Source: Deltaproteobacteria bacterium GWB2_55_19 (GTDB lineage Bacteria > Desulfobacterota > GWC2-55-46). Taken from it: a stretch of DNA of 64,000 nt. The translations under genes were made by a program, and so were the position numbers. Location of the stretch: the NCBI GenBank assembly GCA_001797465.1, contig MGPQ01000002.1, positions 32,410 to 96,409 on the forward strand, given 5' to 3'. How positions within the stretch are numbered: position 1 is the first letter of the stretch; each line of letters begins with the position of its first letter. Under the pieces are notes generated by a model that did not search any database, was not told the origin of the DNA, and saw nothing but the letters and a program-made list of their open reading frames with translations. Below, piece after piece: positions 49,548-58,994 of this stretch.

Positions 49548-50098
49548 GTTTTGCTCCTCTGCGCTAAGGCGGAAAAACCGGGTAAAAGCCTCTTCACGGA
49601 CCCAGGGCTTCCTGCCTGCAAGCGCGCCTGGTTTTTAAGGATGGGCTATTACATAGCAAAAACAGTGCCAAAAGTTATGTTTTCAGAACCACCTGAAAAC
49701 AAGTGAATTTTGATCTCGGAATAAGAAGACTCCTATGGCAAAACGCCTCAATCAAGAATAATGCGCCCCTCATGCGGGGCGTTTTGCACCAGTTTTGTAA
49801 AAAGATACTGACCCCCTGCACACGGCCTGCCCATAGGTTCTCTTTATCCAAGAAAACGATGAGTAGCGCCATTTCCATCGGAAATTCATGTCAGGTATGC
49901 GTAAATCATTATGTTAAGTTCCATCCCTGACCTAAAAGGGCCGGTTTTTTCCTTAAAGGTTTGAGACAGGCTTACCGAAATGGAATCATAAGACATATTA
50001 ATCCAGGAAAACCCTATGCATTTTGAGCCTTTGAGCCGAAGTGGCGCGTCGATGGATCTAAACGATTCAAAAAACCATGGCCGGGAGCAGGTGCAGGC

Positions 50099-50479
50099 AT
50101 GACAAGAAAAATACTCCTGGTAGACGATTCTCCAGTGGCAAGGAAGATCCTCCGCAAATGCATCCCAGAGGACGGATGCTTTGAGATCTTCGAGGCCTCC
50201 GACGGGCTCGACGGCCTCAAAAAATTCGAAGAGATAAACCCGGATATCACCTTCATGGACCTTACCATGCCGGTCATGGACGGCATGGAGGCGCTTGGCG
50301 AGATCAAGAAAAGGAACAAGGACGCCCTTGTCATAATCCAGACGGCCGATACGCAGATCAAGTCCGTATTCATGGCCATGGAGCTCGGCGCGTTCATGGT
50401 GCTTAAAAAACCGATTTCGAAGGACAGCATAAAAGCGGTCTTAAAAGAGGCTGACGGCGCTTTGCAGACGGAAAGATGA
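50099..50479 (+). CDS. cheY: CheY-like single-domain response regulator
   Basis: ILLVDDSPVARK...D...MDLTMPVMDG...K; 126 aa. Confidence 0.8.
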   Translation: MTRKILLVDDSPVARKILRKCIPEDGCFEIFEASDGLDGLKKFEEINPDITFMDLTMPVMDGMEALGEIKKRNKDALVIIQTADTQIKSVFMAMELGAFMVLKKPISKDSIKAVLKEADGALQTER

Positions 50480-51120
50480 GCGTGTTTTCGATGGATATCG
50501 GGACTGCCCAAGAGGTGATATTGACAGGTGAAGAGATAGACATATTCCAGGAAGTGATGAATATCGCTTTCGGGCAGGCCTCGGCGGACCTCGCCGAGAT
50601 ACTGGACGCCTTCGTTGTCCTCAATGTGCCGGAGGTGCGCATGCTCGATGAGTCCGCCCTCCCGGACCTAATAAGGGAAGGCGCGGGCCCAGGGGCCTTA
50701 AGCATCATAGAGCAGAGCTACTGGGGAAAGCTGAGCGGCAAGACCGTGCTCTTTTTTCCGGCGAGCGCGCGCGAAGGCCTCGCAAGGCTCTTCGGCGAAT
50801 TCAGCAGGGAGGACGCCCTCGCGTGCGCTGAAAAAGAGATATTCCTGGAGGCAGGCAACTTCATAGCCGGCGGCTGCATAGCGAGGCTCGCCAACTGCCT
50901 TGACGACCTTGTCACCTACACAGCCCCGCGCTCGGCCGAGATACTCGAACGAAACGCTGACAAGAAAACCTCCCCAACGCTGAGACGGATTGCGGCTGTC
51001 AAGATACCGTTCTCGATAGACAAGCACGGCGTCTCCGGCCTTTTGATACTGACGGCGAGCCACGAGTCGATCCCGTGGCTCAAGACGTCGCTGAAGAGGT
51101 TCATGGAGCAGTATGGATGA
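50476..51120 (+). CDS. CheC-like CheY-P phosphatase
   Basis: Two E-x2-N-containing repeats (EVMNIAFGQAS, LEAGNFIAGGCIA) typical of CheC/CheX/FliY; 4-nt overlap with cheY. Confidence 0.6.
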   Translation: MSVFSMDIGTAQEVILTGEEIDIFQEVMNIAFGQASADLAEILDAFVVLNVPEVRMLDESALPDLIREGAGPGALSIIEQSYWGKLSGKTVLFFPASAREGLARLFGEFSREDALACAEKEIFLEAGNFIAGGCIARLANCLDDLVTYTAPRSAEILERNADKKTSPTLRRIAAVKIPFSIDKHGVSGLLILTASHESIPWLKTSLKRFMEQYG

Positions 51121-52030
51121 GTATTACGCCCAGATATTCCACACCATAGACGTCGGTCTGGTGATGCTGGACAAGGACCTGCGCGTCCAGCAGTGGAGCA
51201 GATGGATGGAACAGCACAGCTCCATCCCGTTTCACAAGATAATCGGCCGCCCCCTCTTTGATTTCTTCCCCGAGCTCGACCACCCCCGCTTCCTCATGAA
51301 CTTCAAGATGGTAGTCAAGTTCGGCAACTCCTGTTTTCTCTCCCAGAAGCTCAACAAATACCTCTTCCCGTTCAAGCCCGCTGGCGCCTTTGCCGGGGAA
51401 TTCGAGTATATGCAGCAGAGTTGCGCCATGTTCCCGTTAAGGGACGAAAAGAACGCCCTCAAATACATATGCATATCGGTCAACGACGTCACTGAGACCG
51501 TGGCGTGCGAGACGAGGCTCGTAGAGATGAACGTAAGGGACGGGCTTACCGGCATCTACAACCGGAAATTCCTTGAGGCGAAACTCACTGAGGAACTCGA
51601 CAGGTCGAAGAGGTACGGACGCGCCTTCAGCGTCATCATGATAGACATCGACCACTTCAAGAAGGTAAACGATTCCTACGGCCACAGCTTCGGCGACACG
51701 GTGCTGAAGTCCACAGCCTCGATGTTGCAGTCGGGACTGAGGACCACGGATTTTCTGACAAGGTACGGGGGCGAGGAGTTCTGCTGTCTATTGCCGGAAA
51801 CCGAGTGTTCATCCGCCGTCATCGTCGCGGAACGCATGAGAGCCAACGCCGAGGCGCTGGCTCTCACCCACGGCGGAAACCCGGTCAACATTTCAATCAG
51901 CCTCGGGGTCGCCGGGGCTACGGCGGCTGATACCCCATCGGCGCTCATCGTAAGGGCCGACGAGGCCCTCTACACCGCCAAGAAGTCGGGGCGTAACAAG
52001 GTTGTCGCAAGCCAGGGCAGGGCCGCGTAA
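51113..52030 (+). CDS. Diguanylate cyclase (PAS-like N-terminus plus GGDEF)
   Basis: RYGGEEF active site, RxxD I-site-like (RSKR), DxD metal site (IDIDHFKKVND); overlaps the cheC stop. Confidence 0.85.
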   Translation: MDEYYAQIFHTIDVGLVMLDKDLRVQQWSRWMEQHSSIPFHKIIGRPLFDFFPELDHPRFLMNFKMVVKFGNSCFLSQKLNKYLFPFKPAGAFAGEFEYMQQSCAMFPLRDEKNALKYICISVNDVTETVACETRLVEMNVRDGLTGIYNRKFLEAKLTEELDRSKRYGRAFSVIMIDIDHFKKVNDSYGHSFGDTVLKSTASMLQSGLRTTDFLTRYGGEEFCCLLPETECSSAVIVAERMRANAEALALTHGGNPVNISISLGVAGATAADTPSALIVRADEALYTAKKSGRNKVVASQGRAA

Positions 52031-52125
52031 GGGGCGGAAGGTCAACGGGCAGTGCGCGAATAAAAAGGGGGACCAGGCCGTCGGCCTGGTCCCCCTTCAC
52101 TTTTGAGCGATAAACAGAGGCCTGG

Positions 52126-53127
52126 TCATGTCATTTTTTCAAGCTCTGCGAGCTGTTCGCTGGTGCCGAGGGCGATCAGGAGGTCCCCGTTCCGGATAGT
52201 GACCCTGCTCTGCGGGTCAGCCACCACCTTGAGGTTGCCGTCCTGCTTTATCGCAAGGATGTTCGCTCCCCTGGTGCACTTCTGCTTGGCCTCTCCTATG
52301 GTGAGGCCGGAAAATGGCGACATCTCGCGCACCTCTATCTCTTCCATAAGAAGCCGCTCGTCCCCGCCGCCGCCGTGCATGGCGACGTCGAGAAACTCTA
52401 CGACGTTCGGGCGGAGCAACAGGTTGGCCAGGCGCCTGCCCCCGAGCGTGTAGGGAGAAAGCACCCTGTCGGCGTGGGCCTTAAGGAGCTTGTGCTCCGC
52501 CTCTATGGAGCTCGCCCTGGCGACAACGCAGAGGTCTGGGCGCAGGGTCTTCGCGCTCAAGGTGACGTAGACGTTCTCGGCGTCGGAATCTATGGCTGAG
52601 ACCAGCCCCTTTGCCCTCATTATGCCCGCCGCCTTCAGCGCCTCGTCATCAGAGGCGCTGCCCTGCACGTACAGGAACCCCTGTACCTCGCATCTCCCTA
52701 TGGCCTCAGCGTCGTTGTCTATCACGACGAACTCCACCATGTCCCTCTTAAGCTCGACGGCCACCTGCTGGCCGACCCTGCCGAAGCCGCATATGATGTA
52801 GTGGCCGTTCAGTTCATTGATCTTCCGCTTCATGGTCTTCCTCCCGAGGACACCGCCGAGGTGGCCTGCGATTATGAACTCGGCTGTGCCTGATATTGCG
52901 TAGAGAAACGCGCCCACGCCGGATATTATGTAGATTATGATGAATATCTGACCCGCGGCGGTGAGCGGACGCGGCTCGCTGTATCCGACGGTGTAGACGG
53001 TTATTACGCTCATGTAGAGGGCGTCGAGGAACGGCCAGCCCTCGATAATCATAAGCCCGGCTACCCCCGTGGAGAGCACCCCGAAGAAGACGAGGAGCAC
53101 CTTGATTATAATGTTCTTGCGGTCCAT
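52126..53127 (-). CDS. RCK-domain potassium channel (Kch/MthK-like)
   Basis: Two TM helices plus a pore helix with TVGYS selectivity-filter variant, then TrkA-N Rossmann (GFGRVGQQVA) and TrkA-C. Confidence 0.75.
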   Translation of the reverse strand: MDRKNIIIKVLLVFFGVLSTGVAGLMIIEGWPFLDALYMSVITVYTVGYSEPRPLTAAGQIFIIIYIISGVGAFLYAISGTAEFIIAGHLGGVLGRKTMKRKINELNGHYIICGFGRVGQQVAVELKRDMVEFVVIDNDAEAIGRCEVQGFLYVQGSASDDEALKAAGIMRAKGLVSAIDSDAENVYVTLSAKTLRPDLCVVARASSIEAEHKLLKAHADRVLSPYTLGGRRLANLLLRPNVVEFLDVAMHGGGGDERLLMEEIEVREMSPFSGLTIGEAKQKCTRGANILAIKQDGNLKVVADPQSRVTIRNGDLLIALGTSEQLAELEKMT

Positions 53128-53460
53128 GAGCGGCTTATCCGGGCCTTTGCCTGGCCCTGCTTTTAAGGGTCAGAGTGCGCAACTCTTTTTTTCATGCGTC
53201 AAGGCGCGGCCCTACGGTAGATATCAAGCTTGCATGGCTTCGGGGGGGGTCTGGCGGGCCTCAAGGCATTAACGCGTCGCTGAAAGAATCCGTGACCTGT
53301 CAAGGTGCCGGACAGAATGGCCGGGGAGGTCTCCTCTGCGCCCTGCCGGAACCATACGGGTGAAAATACCACAAGGGTCTTCGGCCTGTCAAGGAGCGAA
53401 CACCAGAGGTAGCCAGGCAAGCCTGCGCTACTGCCAAAAAAACCTGACATGATTACACTG

Positions 53461-53498
53461 AAAAAACAAAGGGGTTAGCCCGTGCAGGCTAACCCCTT
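53461..53498 (-). terminator. Terminator downstream of tRNA-Phe
   Basis: Minus strand aaggggttagcctgcacgggctaacccctt followed by TGTTTTTT. Confidence 0.6.
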
Positions 53499-53506
53499 GA
53501 TTTTAA

Positions 53507-53582
53507 TGGTGGCCAGAGACGGAATCGAACCGCCGACACGAGGATTTTCAGTCCTCTGCTCTACCTGCTGAGCTATCTGGCC
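53507..53582 (-). tRNA. tRNA-Phe (GAA anticodon), CCA encoded
   Basis: Minus strand GGCCAGATAGCTCAGCAGGTAGAGCAGAGGACTGAAAATCCTCGTGTCGGCGGTTCGATTCCGTCTCTGGCCACCA; cloverleaf with anticodon loop CT-GAA-AA. Confidence 0.9.
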
Positions 53583-53619
53583 GGAAAAAGTACAGACAGA
53601 TAAGTTAATTTAAAGAGGC

Positions 53620-53880
53620 TGTATTGTCAAGTCTTTTGTCCTCGCCGAACGGGCAAGGTCCATATCGGGATGACTCTGCCTGCCCTTGCCCTATAAACTC
53701 CCGAAAGACATTGGCCACGCGCCGAGCGGTCCTCGCCGGACGGGGAGCCTTGAGCAACCCGATTTGACATTGGCCGTACGCCGAGTACCCTCGCCGGACG
53801 GGCAAATTCGTATCAAGCGGCTTTGAGTCCAAGGGCCTGGAGCAACCGGATTTGAATCTGGCCGTACGCCGAGTACCCGA
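53620..53880. repeat. Imperfect tandem repeat (about 3 units of about 65-90 bp) upstream of rsmE
   Basis: Units ttggcc(a/g)(c/t)(a/g)cgccgag(c/t)(a/g)(g/c)(t/c)cctcgccggacgg(g/c)(g/a)a...gagcaacc(c/g)gatttga recur at 53693, 53760 and 53844, with partial unit at 53640. Confidence 0.6.
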
Positions 53881-53885
53881 GCGGG

Positions 53886-54617
53886 TCAACACATGTCGCC
53901 GCAGATGCATTGCGCCGCGGATACTGCGGAGATGGCCGCGGTCTCCGCCCGCAGAATCCGGGGGCCGAAAGAAGCGGCGATAAAGCCCTGGGACGCCGCG
54001 AACCCCTCCTCCCCTTCCGACAACCCGCCCTCGGGGCCTACGAGGAGCGCTATCTTTTTCACCTTGGCGTGTTTCTTTAAAACTTCCGACAGGCCGATGG
54101 ACGCCCCCTCTTCCGCGAGCATTATCTTGAGGGAGTCCGGGCGTTCAAGCGCGCTTCTGAAGTCCGTTATAAGTATCTCGGGGAGCACGGTCCTGCCGCA
54201 TTGCTTAACCGCCTCGATCGCCGCCTTTTTGAGCCGCGCCTCCCGGCCTCTCCCTTCCTTTATAACAGGCACCGTCCGGGACGTCTCGAAAAAGACAATC
54301 GCGGTTACACCGAGCTCCGTCGCCTTCTGTACGACAAACTCGGGCTTGTCACCCTTGAGTATCCCCTGGAGGAGAGTTATCTCAACAGGGCTTTCGGTCT
54401 TTCTCGTCGAAGGGCCGATAATTGCAACTTCAGCAGACCCCCGCCCGATTGTATCGATTACGGCTTTTAGCTCAACGCCCTTTCCGTCAAAGAGGAGCAC
54501 CTCTTCACCGGCCTTAAGCCTTAAAACCTTCTTAAGATGAGAGAACTCGCCCCCCGCGATGACGGCGGTTTTTGCGCCCTCTAAAAGCCCCTCTATGTAG
54601 AAGCGCCTCAACTGCAT
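53886..54617 (-). CDS. rsmE: 16S rRNA (uracil1498-N3)-methyltransferase
   Basis: MQLRRFYI... canonical RsmE start at 54617 (ORF track extends to 54641). C-terminal SPOUT motifs (LLVGPEGG, ILRAETAA). Confidence 0.8.
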   Translation of the reverse strand: MQLRRFYIEGLLEGAKTAVIAGGEFSHLKKVLRLKAGEEVLLFDGKGVELKAVIDTIGRGSAEVAIIGPSTRKTESPVEITLLQGILKGDKPEFVVQKATELGVTAIVFFETSRTVPVIKEGRGREARLKKAAIEAVKQCGRTVLPEILITDFRSALERPDSLKIMLAEEGASIGLSEVLKKHAKVKKIALLVGPEGGLSEGEEGFAASQGFIAASFGPRILRAETAAISAVSAAQCICGDMC

Positions 54618-55525
54618 CTTTTCAATACCAGCGCGGCCCATTCTCCGATGGAATACCTTTTAGAGGGCTTGAAACCGAGGGGCAGATAGGCCTCTTGCAC
54701 TGAGGCGGCCTCTCCGGAGAGTATGCCTGAGAGTATGAGATAGCCGCCCGCCTCGACCCGCGCGGCAATCGGGAGTGAGAGCCTTTTAAGCTCCCCGGCA
54801 AGGATGTTCGCCGTAACCACTGAAAAAGCCCCCCTGACACCTTCAACCGGCCTCTTGCTTATTGTTACCGCGGCCCTGTTGAGGAGCGCGTTCTTTCTGG
54901 CGATTTTCAAGGCGATTGGGTCTATGTCGAGAGCGACCGCCTTTTTTACCTTGAGCTTTTTGGCGGAGATGGCAAGGACGCCTGAGCCTGTGCCGACGTC
55001 GAGGAAGGAGGAGATTTTATTATTCCCTGCAAGATACAAAAATGCGGCGAGGCACATCCTTGTAGTGGCATGCGAGCCCGTGCCGAATGCCATGCCTGGG
55101 TCTATCTTGACCGTTATATCGCCGGGCCTCTTTGGGACTTCCTTCCAGGTGGGACGCACTACGAGCGAGCTTCCTTTGTATGATACCCTAACCGGCTTTA
55201 TTGAGGCGCGCCACTTGACCGACCAGTCCTGGTCCCTGTAAATGGCCGTCTCGAACGACCAGCCGATGGTTTTAAGGACGCTATCGAGTAGAGCGAGGCG
55301 GCCTCGCTCGTGCTCCGGGATGAAGGCCTTGAGCTTAAGGACCTGCGATTGCTCACCCCCTATCTCGTCGGTTATGGTCCAGGTCGTGTACGAGAGGAGC
55401 GTCTCCGGGAGGGGGCCGGTCTCGACCTCCTCAACACCGGGGCTCCCTGCGGCAATGAGCGCTCCTATCGCCTCGTCTTCGCGCGCCCGGGGGCCGAGAG
55501 CGATTATCTCTATCCAGAGCTTCAC
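54608..55525 (-). CDS. prmA: Ribosomal protein L11 methyltransferase
   Basis: VGTGSGVLAISAKKL...ALDIDP SAM motif and PrmA N-terminal domain; 305 aa. Confidence 0.85.
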   Translation of the reverse strand: MKLWIEIIALGPRAREDEAIGALIAAGSPGVEEVETGPLPETLLSYTTWTITDEIGGEQSQVLKLKAFIPEHERGRLALLDSVLKTIGWSFETAIYRDQDWSVKWRASIKPVRVSYKGSSLVVRPTWKEVPKRPGDITVKIDPGMAFGTGSHATTRMCLAAFLYLAGNNKISSFLDVGTGSGVLAISAKKLKVKKAVALDIDPIALKIARKNALLNRAAVTISKRPVEGVRGAFSVVTANILAGELKRLSLPIAARVEAGGYLILSGILSGEAASVQEAYLPLGFKPSKRYSIGEWAALVLKRCS

Positions 55526-55532
55526 GAAAGGC

Positions 55533-56021
55533 TTACGACCTCATGTTTACGAACTGGAGGCTGATATCGAGGTCCTTTCCCTTGAGCGTCTGTATGCACT
55601 CCTGCAGGTCGTCTATCTTCTTGGCCGTGACCCTGATCTGATCGTCCATTATCTGGGCCTGGACCTTGAGTTTCAGTTCCTTTATGAGTTTAGTTATCTC
55701 CTTCGCCTTCTCGGATGGTATCCCCTGCTTTATCTTTATTACCTGCCTCTTCATGGAGCCGGAGGCGTCCTCGACCTTGCCGTAATCGAGGGACTTTAGC
55801 GACACCCCCCTCTTTACGAACTTGGTCTGGAGCATGTCGAGGACGGCATGGAGCTTGCCGTCGTCGTCGGCGAGCACCGTTATATCCTCCTTCTTCTCCC
55901 ACTTTATCTCGCTCTTCGAGCCCTTAAAGTCGTACCTCTGTTGCATCTCCTTTATAGCCTGGTTTACCGCGTTGTCGACCTCCTGCACATCGGTCTTCGA
56001 TACGATGTCAAATGACGGCAT
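55533..56021 (-). CDS. yajQ: YajQ family (UPF0234) nucleotide / c-di-GMP-binding protein
   Basis: [11 protein letters not shown]...162 aa, typical YajQ length and N-terminus. Confidence 0.8.
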   Translation of the reverse strand: MPSFDIVSKTDVQEVDNAVNQAIKEMQQRYDFKGSKSEIKWEKKEDITVLADDDGKLHAVLDMLQTKFVKRGVSLKSLDYGKVEDASGSMKRQVIKIKQGIPSEKAKEITKLIKELKLKVQAQIMDDQIRVTAKKIDDLQECIQTLKGKDLDISLQFVNMRS

Positions 56022-56042
56022 CTGAAACCTCCGGTTTTTTTG

Positions 56043-56708
56043 TCAAGGCCTTACTATCGTGACCCCTTTCGAGGGCTTGAACTCGAAGAGGGAGTCCTTT
56101 ATCTCTACATTCGTCTTCATGTTCTTGAATGTGATGGACGTCTCGTTGCCGAAGGCGTCGTCTATCGTAGTTTTTCTGACGAGACCGTCGGAGTCGAGCG
56201 CAAGGGTTATCTTTCTTATGCTCTCCCCGGGGTCCTTGGGGACGAGCGTTATGGTGTTTCCGTCCGCGACCTTCGCCTTGAAGTTCTTTTTAAGGTCTCC
56301 GATGCCGGAGAGGAAGTCGGTCGCGAGCCCTGAGGCCCCGGCGTCAAACGGCTTCTCTATCGCCTGGGCGAGGTCGGGCTGATAGACCCAGATGGTCTTG
56401 CCGTTGCTTACTATCAGGTCTTCAAGCGGCTTTTTGTACTCCCAGCGCATCCTCCCCGGCTTCTTGAAATATACCCTGCCCTCAGAGGTATCAGACCTCT
56501 TCATCGCCTTTGATGCCGCCTCCTGGACAAAATCCGCTTCAATCGTTCCGATGGTCTCGTACTTCTGCTGGAGCTTCGATACGATATCGTCCGGGGGCAC
56601 AGCGGCGAATGACAGGGACGATACTATCGAAACCGCCGCGAGGACAACTAAAAACCTGTATGGTGGAAGTTTTAATTTCATATGGAGATATTTATAATCC
56701 CCCTCCAT
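56043..56708 (-). CDS. lolA: Outer-membrane lipoprotein carrier protein LolA
   Basis: Signal peptide plus LolA fold motifs (FVQEAASKAM...GRVYFKKPGRMRWEY...). Alternative start at 56681. Confidence 0.75.
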   Translation of the reverse strand: MEGDYKYLHMKLKLPPYRFLVVLAAVSIVSSLSFAAVPPDDIVSKLQQKYETIGTIEADFVQEAASKAMKRSDTSEGRVYFKKPGRMRWEYKKPLEDLIVSNGKTIWVYQPDLAQAIEKPFDAGASGLATDFLSGIGDLKKNFKAKVADGNTITLVPKDPGESIRKITLALDSDGLVRKTTIDDAFGNETSITFKNMKTNVEIKDSLFEFKPSKGVTIVRP

Positions 56709-56748
56709 CCCCCTTTAGAAAGGGGGAAGCTGACCTTTTGAAAACAAC

Positions 56749-58956
56749 CTACTCGTGCGGCTTCCTTAAGAGCACCTCTCTCGGCCTCGACCCCTGCGCG
56801 GGGCCGACGACCCCGTCTTTTTCCATCTTCTCGATGATCCGGGCCGCGGTGTTGTACCCTATCCTGAACCTCCTCTGTATGTAGGAGGTCGATATCATCT
56901 CAAGCTGTGAGGCGAGCTCCACCGCCTCATCGTAGCGTCTTAAGAACTCCTCGCCTAAGTCCGCGTCCTCGTCTATCAGCGTTGCCTCTTCCTCTTCCAG
57001 TATAACATCGCCGTAGGCGGGCGTGCCCTGATTTTTCCAGAACTCGGTCACCTTTTTTATCTCAGCCTCCGAGACATAGACGCCGTGTATCCTCTGCAAG
57101 CGCGAGGTGCCCGGCGGCAAAAAGAGCATATCGCCCTCTCCGAGCAGTGTCTCGGCCCCCCCGGCGTCGAGTATGGTCCTCGAATCCGTCTTCGACGGAA
57201 GCTGGAAAGCTATCCTCGCCGGGAAGTTCGTCTTTATGAGGCCGGTGACGACGTCGACCGAAGGCCTCTGGGTCGCGATCATCAGGTGTATGCCTGAGGC
57301 GCGGGCCATCTGCGAAAGCCTCACAAGGCACTCCTCGACGTCTTTCCCGGAGGTCATCATCAGGTCCGCGAGCTCGTCGATTATGACCACTATGTAAGGT
57401 AGCCTCTTGGCATCCCCCTCGCCGTCGTCGTCCATCCGCTGGTTGTACTTCTCGATGTTCTTAGAGCCCTTCTCCGCCATAAGCTTATAACGCTTGCCCA
57501 TCTCCGAGACTATCGCCCTAAGCGCGCCGGCGGCTTTTTTCGGGTCGGTTATGACAGGGGTCATAAGGTGCGGGATCCCCTCGTAGGCGGACAATTCCAG
57601 CATCTTCGGGTCTACCATGAGGAAACGGACGTCCTCGGGCGTGGCCTTAAAGAGGATCGAGAGTATCATGGCGTTGACCGATACGCTCTTCCCCGTCCCT
57701 GTCGCGCCTGCAACGAGCAGGTGCGGCATCCGCGCGAGGTCCGCCACATAGGGCGACCCGGAGATGTCCTTTCCGAGCGCTAATGATAAGCGCGACCTGG
57801 ACTTGGAGAAGGCCGGGCCCTCGAGCATCTCTTTCAACCTTATCATCTCCTTCGTCCGGTTCGGGACCTCTATGCCGACGACGGCTTTTCCGGGTATCGG
57901 CGCTATTATCCTTATGGACATCGCCTTCATGGCAAGCGCGAGGTCGTCGGAGAGGTTCGTAATGCGGCCGACCTTTATGCCGGGGGCGGGCTCGAACTCA
58001 TACATGGTGACGACCGGGCCAGGCCTCACCTCAAGCACCCTCCCCTCGACCCCGAAGTCGAGGAGTTTTTTCTCAAGCACCTTGGAGTTTTCAAGTAGAG
58101 AATCGGAATCTATGGAGCCGGTCTTCTCAGGCGTAGGGTCGAGGAGCGAGAGCGGCGGGAGCTTGAAGTTCCCCTTGGGGGACGAGAACTCAAGCCGCTC
58201 CTTCTCGTCCTCATCCGCCGACTTTTTGCTCACCTTCGGCGTTATTATCGCCGGACCCTGGCTCCTTGACTTTACGATTGGCGCGGGCTTTATCTCTTCG
58301 GCCTCTTCCGCCTCGAAGGCGTCAAGGTCCTCGAACTCCTCATCCATTAGAAGGGCCTCTTCCGTATCTTCTTCCGAGGAGGATTCTCTCGCCTGCATCG
58401 CCTTCGTTGCCAGCGACTTCAATAATCCGGCGGCGGGCGGGAAGAGCTTCATGCCTATCTGTATAAAGGATATGCCGGTAGCGAAGAGGATGGTTATGAG
58501 GAGCGTAGCTGATAGTATTATCATCGCGCCTGTCGCCCCGATCCAGCTCATGAAAAAGGTACTCAAGACCCTTCCGAGCGCGCCACCGGCGGTGTCGGAC
58601 AAGAGGACGATGTTCAATAACGGGGCTGAGGAGAGTATGAATACGGCGAAGCTTACAGGGAGCGCGACGCGGAAGGCGAAGACGCGCCTGAGTAAAAATT
58701 CGAATGAGACCGCGAACATGAGGAGCGGGAACACATAGGAGATATAGCCGATGGCCCATAGGAGCGCCCGCGATAGATAGACGCCGAGCGCCCCGCCCCA
58801 GTTGGCTACGGCCCCGGCGCCGTAGGAAAAGAGCGAGACCGCCGCATAGAGCGAGAGCGCGAGGAGGACGATGCCCGCGACCTCGGCCTTAAGCCCGAGG
58901 CCTTCGTTGCCCTTTCCCCCCTTGCCTTCGTTTTTAACTCTGCCGGCCTTTGCCAT
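56749..58956 (-). CDS. ftsK: DNA translocase FtsK
   Basis: N-terminal TM domain, Pro/acidic linker, motor domain with Walker A GATGTGKS and Walker B, C-terminal gamma (winged helix). Confidence 0.9.
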   Translation of the reverse strand: MAKAGRVKNEGKGGKGNEGLGLKAEVAGIVLLALSLYAAVSLFSYGAGAVANWGGALGVYLSRALLWAIGYISYVFPLLMFAVSFEFLLRRVFAFRVALPVSFAVFILSSAPLLNIVLLSDTAGGALGRVLSTFFMSWIGATGAMIILSATLLITILFATGISFIQIGMKLFPPAAGLLKSLATKAMQARESSSEEDTEEALLMDEEFEDLDAFEAEEAEEIKPAPIVKSRSQGPAIITPKVSKKSADEDEKERLEFSSPKGNFKLPPLSLLDPTPEKTGSIDSDSLLENSKVLEKKLLDFGVEGRVLEVRPGPVVTMYEFEPAPGIKVGRITNLSDDLALAMKAMSIRIIAPIPGKAVVGIEVPNRTKEMIRLKEMLEGPAFSKSRSRLSLALGKDISGSPYVADLARMPHLLVAGATGTGKSVSVNAMILSILFKATPEDVRFLMVDPKMLELSAYEGIPHLMTPVITDPKKAAGALRAIVSEMGKRYKLMAEKGSKNIEKYNQRMDDDGEGDAKRLPYIVVIIDELADLMMTSGKDVEECLVRLSQMARASGIHLMIATQRPSVDVVTGLIKTNFPARIAFQLPSKTDSRTILDAGGAETLLGEGDMLFLPPGTSRLQRIHGVYVSEAEIKKVTEFWKNQGTPAYGDVILEEEEATLIDEDADLGEEFLRRYDEAVELASQLEMISTSYIQRRFRIGYNTAARIIEKMEKDGVVGPAQGSRPREVLLRKPHE

Positions 58957-58994
58957 CTATCCTTTGTATTTTTTGTGAGAGACGCGGAGGACTT

